A DNA stretch of 29,766 nucleotides from Armatimonadota bacterium (GCA_034722055.1 JAYENL010000196.1:1-29766), one strand, 5' to 3'. Positions 7,400 to 16,807 are shown, counted from the first letter of the stretch. Program-made: numbers and translations. Notes: generated by a model not told the origin, from the letters alone.

Positions 7400-10051
7400 T
7401 CATGCCCCCCGCTGGCCTTCGAGGAAGCGCGCGATCTCGTCTGCGGCCCGCACGCCGTCGGCGACCGCCTGCACCACCGTGTCCCCGCCGTTGACGATGT
7501 CCCCGCCGGCGTAGACGCCCTGTCGCGAGGTGCGCGTGGAGTCCGCCTCGGTGGCGATGAGCCCGCGCTCGGTCAGCGCCACGCCCTGCAGCCACCGCTG
7601 CAGGTCGGCCGGCGTCCGCTGGCCGATGGCCTCGATGGCGAGATCGACCTCCACGACGCGCTCGGAGCCCTCCTGCACGATCGGCCGACGCCGCCCGCTC
7701 TCATCGGGCTCGCCGAGGACGGTGCTGGCCACCCTGACGCCGCGGAGCCTGCCGTCATCCGCCACATAGCCCAGCGGCTGGGTGAGCAGCAGAAAGTGCA
7801 CACCCTCCTTCAGGGTCCGGTCGCGCTCCTCCGGCCACGCCGGCATCTCCGGGAAGGAGCGGCGGTAGATGAGGTAGACGTCGCGTGCGCCGCCGCGGCG
7901 GGCCGTGACGGCGGCGTCCAGCGCGGTGTTGCCGCCACCGAGCACCGCGACGCGCGGCGGGACCTCCATCGGCGCGTCGCTCTTGGCGCGGCGCAGGAAG
8001 CCCAGGACATCCACCACGCCCTCGGCCGGCCGCTGAGCGCCCGGAAGCGAGACGCTCTCGGTCAGCCCTATCCCCACGAAGACGGCGTCGAAGCCCTGGT
8101 CGAAGAGGTCATCGATGGTCAGGTCGTCGCCGACGCGGGTGCCCAGACGCCACTGCAGCCGGTCATGATCGCAATCCTCGAGGATCGCGGCCACCTCCGC
8201 CGCCGCGGCGTCGGGCTCCAGGCGAGCGGTGGGGATGGTCGCAGAGGCGATGCCGCCGGGCGCCTCGCCAGCGTCGATGATGGTGACGTTCAAGCCCTCC
8301 TCCAGCAGCCGGATGGCGCACGTGATGCCGGCTGGACCGGCGCCGATGACGGCCACGCGCTCGTCGCGGACCTGCTCGGGCCGCTCCAGCCGCGTCCAGC
8401 CCTTCTCGCGCGCGAGCTCGCAGACGTAGCGCTGGATCAGCCTGATGGGCAGCGGGCCGTCGCCGATATGCCGCTGCACGCACTCCCCCTCGCACTGCGT
8501 CTCGGCCGGGCAGACGTAGGCGCAGAGCTCGGGCAGCGGGTTGGTCTCGCGCAGCACCTCGTAGGCGCGCCGCTCGCGTCCGTCGGCGACCGCGGACACG
8601 AAGCCGGGGATATCCACGCCGGCCGGACAGCCCGTCTGGCAGGTGGGGGCGTGGCACTCCCGGCAGACCGCCGCCAGCTCGCGCATGACAGTGGGGTTGT
8701 GCGCCTGCCCCTCGCGGAAGATCGGCTCGTAGACCTCCCAGTCGCGGACCACGCAGCCCGCCCGGCCGCCATCGCGCATGATCTGCGTGCAGGACGAGCA
8801 GGTGATGCACAGCTTCGTCGGCGTCAGCGCGCGCTGCTGGATGATCTCGCGCGCGAAGTCCGGATGCGCCAGGGCCATGCGCCCCCAGCCGGCGCTGACC
8901 GCTTCGCCCCGCTCCACCAGCGCCGCGGCCACGTGCGGCGAGAACTCGCGCAGCCAGGTGAAGCCGGTGGCCACCAGGGGCATCCCGACCTGCCCGGCGA
9001 GCTCCCCGTGCAGCTCCACCATGGTGGCGATGTTCGCCAGGGGGTGCTCTTCAGGGGTGTAGCCGCCGCTCTCGTGGGTGTCATATGGCCGCTCGACGTG
9101 CGGGTTGTAGTAGGGGCTGCCGTAGGCGACGTTGACGAGGCAGACGCCCAGCTCCTGCAGCTCGCGGATCAGCCGCACCGGCTCGGTGAGGTCCGGCTCC
9201 ATGCTCCGGTCGCGGGCCATGCCGAAGCCGTAGGGGTAGGGCATGGCATCGTAGACGCTCAGGCGGGTGGTAACTGCGATCTCGGGGACCTGCTCCCGGA
9301 TCCTCGCGACGATCTCCCGGAGCAGGCGCGTGCGGTTCTCGTAGCTGCCACCGTAGCGGCTGCCCTGGCGGGTGAAGGCGTTGAGCAGCTCGTAGAGGAG
9401 GTAGCCGTGACAGGCCTTCACGTCCACGGCGTCGAAGCCGGCCTCCAGCGCGCAGCGGGCGGCCTCCACGTAGGCCTGCTGCAGCTCGTCCAGCTCCTCG
9501 TCGCTGATGACCGGATAGTCATCGGGCAGGTCGTGGCGGGGATCGAGCACGGGGTGGCGGTAGGCGATGACCGGCGCCGGGGAGCTTTCGGGCTTGGAGT
9601 AGCGGCCGGAGTGGGTGAGCTGGACAACCACGACCGGGTCATGGCCCTCGCCGAACTGTTCGGCGGCGCACTCGGCGATGGTGCCCCGCAGCCGGGCGAA
9701 GTCCTCCACAGTGCCCTGATGCAGCCAGAGCTGGCGGGGGTTGGCGCGGCCGCGGTGCACCACGGCGGTGGCCTCCAGCCAGATCAGCCCCGCGCCGCCG
9801 CGCGCGAAGCGCTGGTAGCGCCGGAAGGTCAGCGCCTCGGGGGCGCCCCGCGCGGAGCCGTCGCAGCCCTCGATGGGATGGATGGCCACGGCGTTGGGCA
9901 TCGAGAGCGGGCCGGCCTTGGCGGGCTCGGCCAAGGCGGCCACGTTCTCGGAGTACGGTAAAGAGAGGCCGAGATCGTCGAGCCTCGCCCGGATCTCTGC
10001 CCACGAGTCATAGCTGAACTGCTCGTGTTCGGATGGTCGCCTGACCTCCAT
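7400..10051 (-). CDS. NADH:flavin oxidoreductase (Old Yellow Enzyme barrel) fused to a GltD/NfnB/DPD-like Fe-S flavoprotein
   Basis: GGAGLIWLEAT, QLTHSGR, KACHGYLL, YGGSYENRTR; CITCSSC cluster; CRECHAPTCQTGCP and CAYVCPAETQCEGEC; VIGAGPAG; VLGGGNTALD; YAGGDIVNG. Confidence 0.9.
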   Translation of the reverse strand: MEVRRPSEHEQFSYDSWAEIRARLDDLGLSLPYSENVAALAEPAKAGPLSMPNAVAIHPIEGCDGSARGAPEALTFRRYQRFARGGAGLIWLEATAVVHRGRANPRQLWLHQGTVEDFARLRGTIAECAAEQFGEGHDPVVVVQLTHSGRYSKPESSPAPVIAYRHPVLDPRHDLPDDYPVISDEELDELQQAYVEAARCALEAGFDAVDVKACHGYLLYELLNAFTRQGSRYGGSYENRTRLLREIVARIREQVPEIAVTTRLSVYDAMPYPYGFGMARDRSMEPDLTEPVRLIRELQELGVCLVNVAYGSPYYNPHVERPYDTHESGGYTPEEHPLANIATMVELHGELAGQVGMPLVATGFTWLREFSPHVAAALVERGEAVSAGWGRMALAHPDFAREIIQQRALTPTKLCITCSSCTQIMRDGGRAGCVVRDWEVYEPIFREGQAHNPTVMRELAAVCRECHAPTCQTGCPAGVDIPGFVSAVADGRERRAYEVLRETNPLPELCAYVCPAETQCEGECVQRHIGDGPLPIRLIQRYVCELAREKGWTRLERPEQVRDERVAVIGAGPAGITCAIRLLEEGLNVTIIDAGEAPGGIASATIPTARLEPDAAAAEVAAILEDCDHDRLQWRLGTRVGDDLTIDDLFDQGFDAVFVGIGLTESVSLPGAQRPAEGVVDVLGFLRRAKSDAPMEVPPRVAVLGGGNTALDAAVTARRGGARDVYLIYRRSFPEMPAWPEERDRTLKEGVHFLLLTQPLGYVADDGRLRGVRVASTVLGEPDESGRRRPIVQEGSERVVEVDLAIEAIGQRTPADLQRWLQGVALTERGLIATEADSTRTSRQGVYAGGDIVNGGDTVVQAVADGVRAADEIARFLEGQRGA

Positions 10052-10160
10052 GGTGCGCCGGATGCTCCAATCTCAGTCGGAATGCATGCCGTGCCAGGCG
10101 CAAGCGTCCCGGTGATGACTGCCTGCCAGCGAGGGCTCTCCTTCTGCATGGGGCCTGCGC

Positions 10161-11273
10161 TCAGGTGATGGCGTCGCCGGTATCGGGGTCAAAGAGGTGG
10201 GAGCGCTGGAGGTTCAGCACCAGCTTCAGCGGCTGGCCCTCCTGCGCCCCGGTGCTGCTGTCGAGGCTTGCAACCAGGCTGTGCTCGCCGGCCTTGAGAT
10301 ACACCACGGACTCGGCGCCCATGGGCTCAACGACCTCGACAAGCGCGGAGATGCAGTTGTCGTCCGTGGGCGGCACCGGCCCGGGGAGGGCGGCGTCGTG
10401 CATGTCGGTGGGGCGGACGCCGAAGACGATGGGCTCGCCCACACGGGCCTGGACCTCGTCCCGGTGGGCGATGGCCTCGGGCAGTTCCACCCGCACGCCG
10501 GACCCCTCCAGCACGGTCTCGCCGTCGGCCTGCACCAGGCGGGCGTCCAGGAAGTTCATCGGCGGGCTGCCGATGAAGCCGGCGACGAAGCGGTTGGTGG
10601 GGTGGTCGAAGATCTGCTGAGGCCTGTCGCACTGCTGCACCTCGCCGCCGCGCATGACGGCGATGCGATGGCCCATGGTCATGGCCTCAACCTGATCGTG
10701 GGTCACGTAGATGGTGGTGATCCCCAGGCGCTGGTGCAGCTTGATGAGCTCCGCGCGGGTCTGTATCCGCAGCTTGGCATCCAGATTCGACAGGGGCTCA
10801 TCCATCAGGAAGACCGCCGGCTCTCTGACCACCGCCCGGCCCACCGCCACACGCTGGCGCTGGCCCCCGGAGAGCTGCGCCGGCCGGCGGTCGAGAAGCT
10901 CCTCGATGCCCAGCATGTCGGCGGCATCGTGGACCCGATCGTCGATCTCGGCCTTGGGGAACTTGCTCAGCCGCAGGCTGAAGGCCATGTTATCGTAGAC
11001 CGTCATGTGCGGGTAGAGGGCGTAGTTCTGGAAGACCATGGCGATGTCGCGGTCTTTGGGGGAGAGGTTATTGACGCGGCGCCCGTCGATGTAGACGTCC
11101 CCAGAGGTCGGCTCCTCGAGCCCCGCGATCATGCGCAGAATGGTGGTCTTGCCACAGCCTGAAGGGCCCACCAGCACAAGGAACTCGCGGTCTTCGACCT
11201 CCAGGTCAATGCCCCTGACGGCCTCCGTCTGCCCGAACCGTTTGGAGAGATTCGCCAGCCGAACCTGCGCCAT
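10161..11273 (-). CDS. Carbohydrate ABC transporter ATP-binding protein (UgpC/MsmX/MalK family)
   Basis: Walker A GPSGCGKT, VFQNYALYPHM, LSGGQRQR, DEPLSNLDAKLR, C-terminal TOBE region; ATG at 11273 after AGGAG. Confidence 0.95.
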   Translation of the reverse strand: MAQVRLANLSKRFGQTEAVRGIDLEVEDREFLVLVGPSGCGKTTILRMIAGLEEPTSGDVYIDGRRVNNLSPKDRDIAMVFQNYALYPHMTVYDNMAFSLRLSKFPKAEIDDRVHDAADMLGIEELLDRRPAQLSGGQRQRVAVGRAVVREPAVFLMDEPLSNLDAKLRIQTRAELIKLHQRLGITTIYVTHDQVEAMTMGHRIAVMRGGEVQQCDRPQQIFDHPTNRFVAGFIGSPPMNFLDARLVQADGETVLEGSGVRVELPEAIAHRDEVQARVGEPIVFGVRPTDMHDAALPGPVPPTDDNCISALVEVVEPMGAESVVYLKAGEHSLVASLDSSTGAQEGQPLKLVLNLQRSHLFDPDTGDAIT

Positions 11274-11354
11274 GTGCTCCTGCCTCCGGCGGCCCCGCCC
11301 GCCTGCGATCAGCCCCTCATGAGGGCCACGAACGGTATGGGTGAGCAGGCAGAG

Positions 11355-11383
11355 ATTCTCCCACAGGGCCCCCGCGCTGTCAA
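11355..11383 (-). promoter_or_regulatory. Probable sigma70 promoter for the ABC ATPase
   Basis: Minus strand TTGACA, 17-bp spacer ending in TGG, GAGAAT; the -35 box overlaps the stop codon of the upstream hydrolase. Confidence 0.55.
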
Positions 11384-12822
11384 GCGTCCGGCTCCTCTGC
11401 GACGATGGCGGATACGGTGGTCTCAACGACCTCGTTGCCATTGCTGTTGAGGGCCACCACACGGATCTGGTGGGGACCGGGAGCTGCGTACTGGGTGTCC
11501 CACGAGCAGCGGAAGGGCTGCTGATTCGTCATGGCCTTGACCTCGCCGTCAAGGTAGAACATGACGATATCCACGTCCACGGCCGCCCCGGCCTCCGCCA
11601 CAATCTCCACCTGGCCGGTCACCTGATGGGGGGGCGCCCCGCGGATGGCGACGTCCAGGCCCCCGCGAGCCACCGGCCCCAGCCTCGCCAGGGCCAGGGG
11701 GTGCTCGGTCGGCGGCGGCTCCACCTCCGCCGCCTCCGCGACTCCTCCGCCGGGCTCCTCGGGCGCCAGAGGTTCCGTGGCCGGCGGCAGCTCCAGCGGC
11801 CCGGCCGGCTGGGCCTCGGCCGGCTGACGCTCGGGCGCCATCGGCGGCAGGGCGGCCACCATCTCAGAGACGTCCGGCACGCGGCCGAGGAACCAGGGGT
11901 CGGCGATGAGCCTCCGATAGCGCTCCAGCACCGCCGACGAGCCGGTCAGGGAGTAGTTGTTGCTGGCCAGGCCGGTGCCTATGGCGTCCACGCAGAACCA
12001 GTTGATCATCTTCACGCGCGGGAACCGCGTAGGGAGTGCCTCGTAGATGCGCGTCATCTGCCGCAGCGCCATGTCCGTGACGTCCCGGCCGCACGCCGCG
12101 CAGTAGTGGGTGGCGGCGTACTCGCAGATGGCGATGGGCTTGCGGCCGGCGTAGCGATCGTAGACGTATCGCAGCAGCTCTCGGGGGTCGTCGTTGGAGG
12201 GCTTGGTGATGTCGCCGTCGTAGTGGTGGACGCTGTAGATGTTCACACCCACCCAGTCAACCCACTCGTCGCCGGGGTAGTAGTCCTCGATGGTGGCCTG
12301 GGGGGTAGCGAAGGGGCACCACACCAGGATGACGTTGGGGGCCAGCTCGCGGAAGACGCTGGCAACCAGCCGCCACTTGCGAATGTACTCCTGGGGGTGG
12401 CCCGAGTACGCCTGCCACGTCCCGTTCATCTCCGAGGCGTAGCGGAGGAAGATGGGGCCCTCGGTGCGGGCGGCCGCCTCCGCCCACCCGCGGAGGTAGT
12501 CGTCATCGCGGACGGGCTCCAGGCCCCCGTTGGGCTCCCAGGCGATGTGCGGCAGGATGCCACGCGCGTGCAGCTCGCGGACCCATCGGAACGGGAACGG
12601 CGCACCGTAGCCCACGTAGCGGAAGTAGGTGGCGTGCGGTTTGCCGACGAGCTCCTCGAAGGCCCCGATGTCGCCGTCGAGAGCCTCATCCAGCTCGATG
12701 TACGCGCCGACGTAGCAGCCCTCGGCCGGGATATAGCCCGCCGCGAAGAGCGGCTGCCAGGCTACCGCCAGCAGCACCGTTGCCGCCAGGATGCGAGTTA
12801 TCGATGATTGCAGCATACCCAT
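11380..12822 (-). CDS. Secreted GH26-like glycoside hydrolase with Pro/Glu linker and C-terminal Ig-like domain
   Basis: Signal peptide; HIAWEP, LRYASEMNGTW (acid/base Glu), YYPGDEWVDWVG, KPIAICEY (nucleophile); C-terminal MFYLDG..PF..SWDT..GPHQIRVVA. Confidence 0.85.
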   Translation of the reverse strand: MGMLQSSITRILAATVLLAVAWQPLFAAGYIPAEGCYVGAYIELDEALDGDIGAFEELVGKPHATYFRYVGYGAPFPFRWVRELHARGILPHIAWEPNGGLEPVRDDDYLRGWAEAAARTEGPIFLRYASEMNGTWQAYSGHPQEYIRKWRLVASVFRELAPNVILVWCPFATPQATIEDYYPGDEWVDWVGVNIYSVHHYDGDITKPSNDDPRELLRYVYDRYAGRKPIAICEYAATHYCAACGRDVTDMALRQMTRIYEALPTRFPRVKMINWFCVDAIGTGLASNNYSLTGSSAVLERYRRLIADPWFLGRVPDVSEMVAALPPMAPERQPAEAQPAGPLELPPATEPLAPEEPGGGVAEAAEVEPPPTEHPLALARLGPVARGGLDVAIRGAPPHQVTGQVEIVAEAGAAVDVDIVMFYLDGEVKAMTNQQPFRCSWDTQYAAPGPHQIRVVALNSNGNEVVETTVSAIVAEEPDA

Positions 12823-12855
12823 AAGTACACAGCGGCCCGCAGGGCCGCCATCGTG

Positions 12856-12885
12856 ATTCTACTGCACGTGGGCTGATGCCGTCAA
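12856..12885 (-). promoter_or_regulatory. Probable sigma70 promoter for the GH26-like gene
   Basis: Minus strand TTGACG-18 bp-TAGAAT. Confidence 0.6.
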
Positions 12886-12949
12886 CGGCGGCGATCGCGG
12901 GGTACGAAGCCGGAGTGCCGGCGTAACGCGCGGCAACAGCCATCGCATC

Positions 12950-13084
12950 CTGGCAAGCCGAGCCCTCGCTAGGCCATTCCATCTTTGGAAAGCCGGCGCC
13001 CTCGCCGGCTTGTGGCGCGCAGCGCCACTGAATCCTTGGCCCGCTCAGGCCAACGGCGCCCGGGCGCGGGCGCCCGGGCCCCAG
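12950..13084. repeat. Composite REP unit B, copy 2
   Basis: 40 bp (12990-13029) identical to 2592-2631; similar upstream sequence; inverted CTGGG-type hairpin GCCCGGGCG-CGGG-CGCCCGGGC-CCCAG at 13058-13084. Confidence 0.75.
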
Positions 13085-13150
13085 TCCCGATCTGGTTCGC
13101 GGGCCGCTCGCCTCCCGAAACAGTGAAACGGTTCCAGCGCCAGGAACGGC

Positions 13151-13240
13151 GCACGCACAGGAGTGTGCGTGCCACGGAACGACAGACGGCAACGACCGGC
13201 TGGAAACGGCCGGCGGGTCTGAAGACGCCGCTGCTACGGA
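13151..13240. repeat. Composite REP unit C, copy 2
   Basis: GCACGCACA-GGAG-TGTGCGTGC-CAC, linker GGAACGACAGACGGCA, second hairpin ending CTAC; colinear with 5260-5350. Confidence 0.75.
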
Positions 13241-13294
13241 CGACGACCGACGGGAAACGGCCGGCGGCTGCCTTGCGGGCCAGTCGTTGATCAT

Positions 13295-13330
13295 CAGCTT
13301 GACGCTTGCGACTTGCAGCTTCCAGCCTCC
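13295..13330 (-). repeat. Degenerate 7-bp tandem array
   Basis: Reverse complement GGAGG-CTGGAAG-CTGCAAG-TCGCAAG-CGTCAAG-CTG. Confidence 0.55.
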
Positions 13331-13369
13331 AGAGACGCCGCGTCTATCGACGACCACGCCTGACGACAC

Positions 13370-14308
13370 TCACGTGGCCACGGGCTCCGGTATGTCAACG
13401 TCCGGGGGCGGCGTGCGCCAGCGCTTGTGCATCCACAGCCACTGCTCGGGATGGGCGCGGATCTCCTCGCCGAACACGTCGTTGATCATCTGTGTCGTCC
13501 GGCGCACGTCGCCCTGGCGATCGCCGGTGTCGGGCAAGTGTAGTGGAGGAAGCACGTAGATGTCAATATGCTCGTCCTCCGTGCGGCGGGCGAAGGCCGC
13601 AACGATGGCCGCGCCGGTGTGGGCGGCCAGCGAGGCCGGCCCGGTCACGGTAGAAGCCGGGTGACCCATGAAGCCGATCCAGATTCCCCCCTCGCCCCCG
13701 TGCTGGTCCGGCAGGATCCCCAGCAGCTCTCCCTCGCGAAGCGTGTGGAGCATCTCACGCACCTGGTCGCGCTCCAGGACTCGTTCACTGGCGCTCTCCC
13801 GGCAGCGGTTGATGACCCGCGCGGTCACAGGGTCGTTGGCGTCCCGCGCGACCACCGAGACACCGTAGCCCATCTGCGCCAGACGGGCGGCCAGGATCTC
13901 CCAGTTGCCGAAGTGCGGCGTGACCACCACAACGCCCTTGCCGCGCTCCACAGCGCGCTCCAGATGCTCCTCGCCTCTGACGGAAGCGAACGCGGCGAGC
14001 TCCTGCTCCGACATGGCGGGCAGCTTCAGCAGCTCCAGCATGGTCTTGGCCATGTTGCGCACCGACGCCAGCGCCACGCGGCGCCGCTCGCGCTCGGTGA
14101 GCCGGTCGCCGAGGACGCGGCGGAGGTTCTCGAGCGCCAGCCTCCGCCGGGCGCCCAGGCCATGGTAGATGAGCCAGCCCGCCACATTGCCGATGCCCTG
14201 CACCCTGCGAAGGGGCAGGACGCGGGCGAGGGCCGCGAAGCCGTGCGTCAGCCAGCGCATAAGGAGCTGCTCAAGCTTCCTCCGCTGCGGCGTCTTGTCG
14301 TGCAGCAT
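13370..14308 (-). CDS. lpxL: Lipid A late acyltransferase (LpxL/HtrB family)
   Basis: HFGNWE, ILPDQ, HPEQWLWMHKRW; located in a lipid A operon. Confidence 0.9.
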   Translation of the reverse strand: MLHDKTPQRRKLEQLLMRWLTHGFAALARVLPLRRVQGIGNVAGWLIYHGLGARRRLALENLRRVLGDRLTERERRRVALASVRNMAKTMLELLKLPAMSEQELAAFASVRGEEHLERAVERGKGVVVVTPHFGNWEILAARLAQMGYGVSVVARDANDPVTARVINRCRESASERVLERDQVREMLHTLREGELLGILPDQHGGEGGIWIGFMGHPASTVTGPASLAAHTGAAIVAAFARRTEDEHIDIYVLPPLHLPDTGDRQGDVRRTTQMINDVFGEEIRAHPEQWLWMHKRWRTPPPDVDIPEPVAT

Positions 14309-15401
14309 CGTGGACTGAGGCGACCAGCGCCTCCCATGCCTCTTCGTTATCGGTGATCTCCAGGTCCACCGCGACCGCCAGCACCGGCGGCAGGTCCTCC
14401 GGGACAGGCGGGAGCTTCACCATGTCCTTCTCGGTGGTCGCGATCAACTCCGCGTCCGATTCCCGCACGGCCTCCCGCACGCGGGCCCAGTCCTCGGGGC
14501 GGTAGTGATGATGGTCGGGGAACGCCGCGCGTCCCACGACCTCAGCGCCACGCTGCAGCAGGAGGCCCTCGAAGGACGCCGGGTTCCCCACCGCACACAT
14601 GGCCACCACGCGGCGTCCCGCCAACTCCAAGTCCGGAGCCTCGCCCTGGCCACCGACGAGATCCAGACCCGTCGCTGCATGCCTCGCGAGCATCACCGGC
14701 GCGTCCGGCGCGTAGCGATGCAGAAGCTCCACTGTGCGCTCCACCTGCCGGCGGGGCGCCAGGTCGGCATGTGTGACCACGAGGTGCGTGGCGCGCCTGA
14801 GATGCGTCAGTGGCTCCCGAAGCCGCCCGCGCGGGAAAACGCGAGCGGCGGCGAGATCGACGGTGGCATCGACGAGAACCGCGTCAACGTCCCGGCACAT
14901 GCGGAAGTACTGGAAGCCGTCATCGAGCACCGCCACCTCGGCCCCGGCCTCCGCCAGCAGCTCGATGACCGGCTCGCGGCGCGTTCCCACCGCCACCAGC
15001 GCTCCGTCGATGGTTCGCGCCAGCATGACGGCCTCGTCGCCGACCTCCGCCACGTCGGCCAGGGCGTTGCGGCCGTCGGAGACCAGCAGGTCGCCGGCCC
15101 CATGGCGGCCGTGGCCGCGCAGGACGATGCCCGGGCACACGCCCCGGGCCAGCAGGTCCCTGGCCAGCCGCCGGGCGGCGGTAGTCTTTCCGGTGCCGCC
15201 GAGCGTGATGTTCCCGACGCTGGCCACGGGAATGGATGGTCGCGTGCGGCCTTTGAGTCCTCGTTCGTAAAGGCCCAGGTTGGCCTTGAGCCCCAGGACG
15301 TAGGGGACTGCGGCGGCGGAGAGCAGGCCCCGATACAGCGCCGCCGGCAGCCCCCGGCGCCGCCCGGAGACGACCTGCCGCCACCAGCGCTCCAGCGTCA
15401 T
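14271..15401 (-). CDS. lpxK: Tetraacyldisaccharide 4'-kinase
   Basis: SVGNITLGGTGKT, GDEA, LDDGFQY, GRLREP, FPDHHHY, TTEKD. Confidence 0.95.
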   Translation of the reverse strand: MTLERWWRQVVSGRRRGLPAALYRGLLSAAAVPYVLGLKANLGLYERGLKGRTRPSIPVASVGNITLGGTGKTTAARRLARDLLARGVCPGIVLRGHGRHGAGDLLVSDGRNALADVAEVGDEAVMLARTIDGALVAVGTRREPVIELLAEAGAEVAVLDDGFQYFRMCRDVDAVLVDATVDLAAARVFPRGRLREPLTHLRRATHLVVTHADLAPRRQVERTVELLHRYAPDAPVMLARHAATGLDLVGGQGEAPDLELAGRRVVAMCAVGNPASFEGLLLQRGAEVVGRAAFPDHHHYRPEDWARVREAVRESDAELIATTEKDMVKLPPVPEDLPPVLAVAVDLEITDNEEAWEALVASVHDAARQDAAAEEA

Positions 15402-16807
15402 CCCTCCAGGCTGCCGGGAGAGATGACGCCGGTGCGGTCGGGGACGGCGGCCTCCAGCAGGCTCACGACGTGCTCGGCACAGCGCCGGGAGGCCCCCGAG
15501 TACTTCTCGATGACCGCCGGCCCGCGGGCGGCGATCAGCGTCAGGTCGCCCTCGGATGTGAGCAGGCGATGGGCCTCAGCCACCAGCTCCTCGAGGCCCG
15601 AGACCTCGAAGCCCACTCCCTCGCGAAGGCAGATGGCGGCGATGTCGCGGAAGTTCTCCATGTGCGGGCCGAACAGGGCGGGCTTGCCCAGCGCCACCGG
15701 CTGCAGGACGTTGTGACCGCCGCCGACGGCGAGGCTCTTACCGACGAAGGTGACGGCGGCGATGGCGTAGACGCGGGCCAGCTCGCCCATGGTGTCCAGG
15801 ATGGCCACGCGCACCTGGGCGCCTCCCTCCGGCGCCAGCGGGTCGGTGCCACCGGCGTCGAGCGCTCTGCTGCGGCGGTAGGCGGCGTAGCCGTGGTCAT
15901 GCACCAGCTCCTCCACGCGCCCGCCGCGCTCAGGATGTCGCGGGGCGATAACAAGCTGCAGGTCCGGGTGGGTGACCTTAAGCTGTGTGAATGCCTGCAG
16001 GGCGATCTCCTCCTCGCCCTCGTGGGTGCTGGCGGCGAGGAGAACCGGGTCGTCGCGGCCGAAGCCGAAGTCCTGCCGGAACTTGTTGGCCTCCGCCTCC
16101 GAGACAGTGGGGAACTGCTCGTCGAACTTGGAGTTGCCGGTGACCACGACCCGCCCGGGATCGGCGCCGAGGGCAATGAAGCGGTCGGCGTCCTCCTGGG
16201 ACTGAGCGCAGATGGCCTCGACGTTGGACAGCATCCAGGCGAACAGCGGTCGCAGCCGGCGGGCCCGGGCGTAGGAGTGGTCAGAGACACGGCCGTTGAC
16301 GATGATCACGCGCACTCCACGGCTGGCCGCCGCCTGCAGCATGTTGGGCCAGATCTCGGTCTCCACCAGGACCATCACGTCGGGCCGCACGGCATCCAGC
16401 ACGCGGTTGACGATGACGGGCAGGTCGAAGGGGAAGTAGAAGAGGGCGTCGGGGTCCACGTGCCGCTTCCGGGCCATCTCCCGCCCGGTCTCGGTGATGG
16501 TGGAGAGGGCGACGCCGGCCATGGGGTCGGCGACGCGGATCTCCTGGATGACGGGCACCACGGCAGCCACCTCGCCGGCGGAGACGGCATGCACCCACAC
16601 GACCGGGTCGTCGCCCTCCAGGCCGGCGATACGGTCGGCGATGGCGCCCATGCGCTCGCTGAACCCGGCGAGAGTCTTGCTGCGAACGACCAGGCGCCAC
16701 AGCAGGTAGAGCACGACCAGTGGCAGCAGGAGCACAAGCAGGATGTTGTATGCGACCCAGATGGCGCGCGAGCCTGCATGTGCTGTCGTGGGGGTCTGCT
16801 CAGCCAT
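15398..16807 (-). CDS. waaA: 3-deoxy-D-manno-octulosonic acid transferase
   Basis: WVHAVSAGE, ETEIWPN, NGRVS, GNSKFD, ASTHEGEE, PRHPER, GGHNVLQP; ATG at 16807 overlaps the upstream stop. Confidence 0.95.
   Translation of the reverse strand: MAEQTPTTAHAGSRAIWVAYNILLVLLLPLVVLYLLWRLVVRSKTLAGFSERMGAIADRIAGLEGDDPVVWVHAVSAGEVAAVVPVIQEIRVADPMAGVALSTITETGREMARKRHVDPDALFYFPFDLPVIVNRVLDAVRPDVMVLVETEIWPNMLQAAASRGVRVIIVNGRVSDHSYARARRLRPLFAWMLSNVEAICAQSQEDADRFIALGADPGRVVVTGNSKFDEQFPTVSEAEANKFRQDFGFGRDDPVLLAASTHEGEEEIALQAFTQLKVTHPDLQLVIAPRHPERGGRVEELVHDHGYAAYRRSRALDAGGTDPLAPEGGAQVRVAILDTMGELARVYAIAAVTFVGKSLAVGGGHNVLQPVALGKPALFGPHMENFRDIAAICLREGVGFEVSGLEELVAEAHRLLTSEGDLTLIAARGPAVIEKYSGASRRCAEHVVSLLEAAVPDRTGVISPGSLEG

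Noticed and set aside
10080..10100. sigma54-like TGGCAC site upstream of the OYE fusion gene
   Set aside because: GG-to-GC spacing is 8 nt rather than the required 10.
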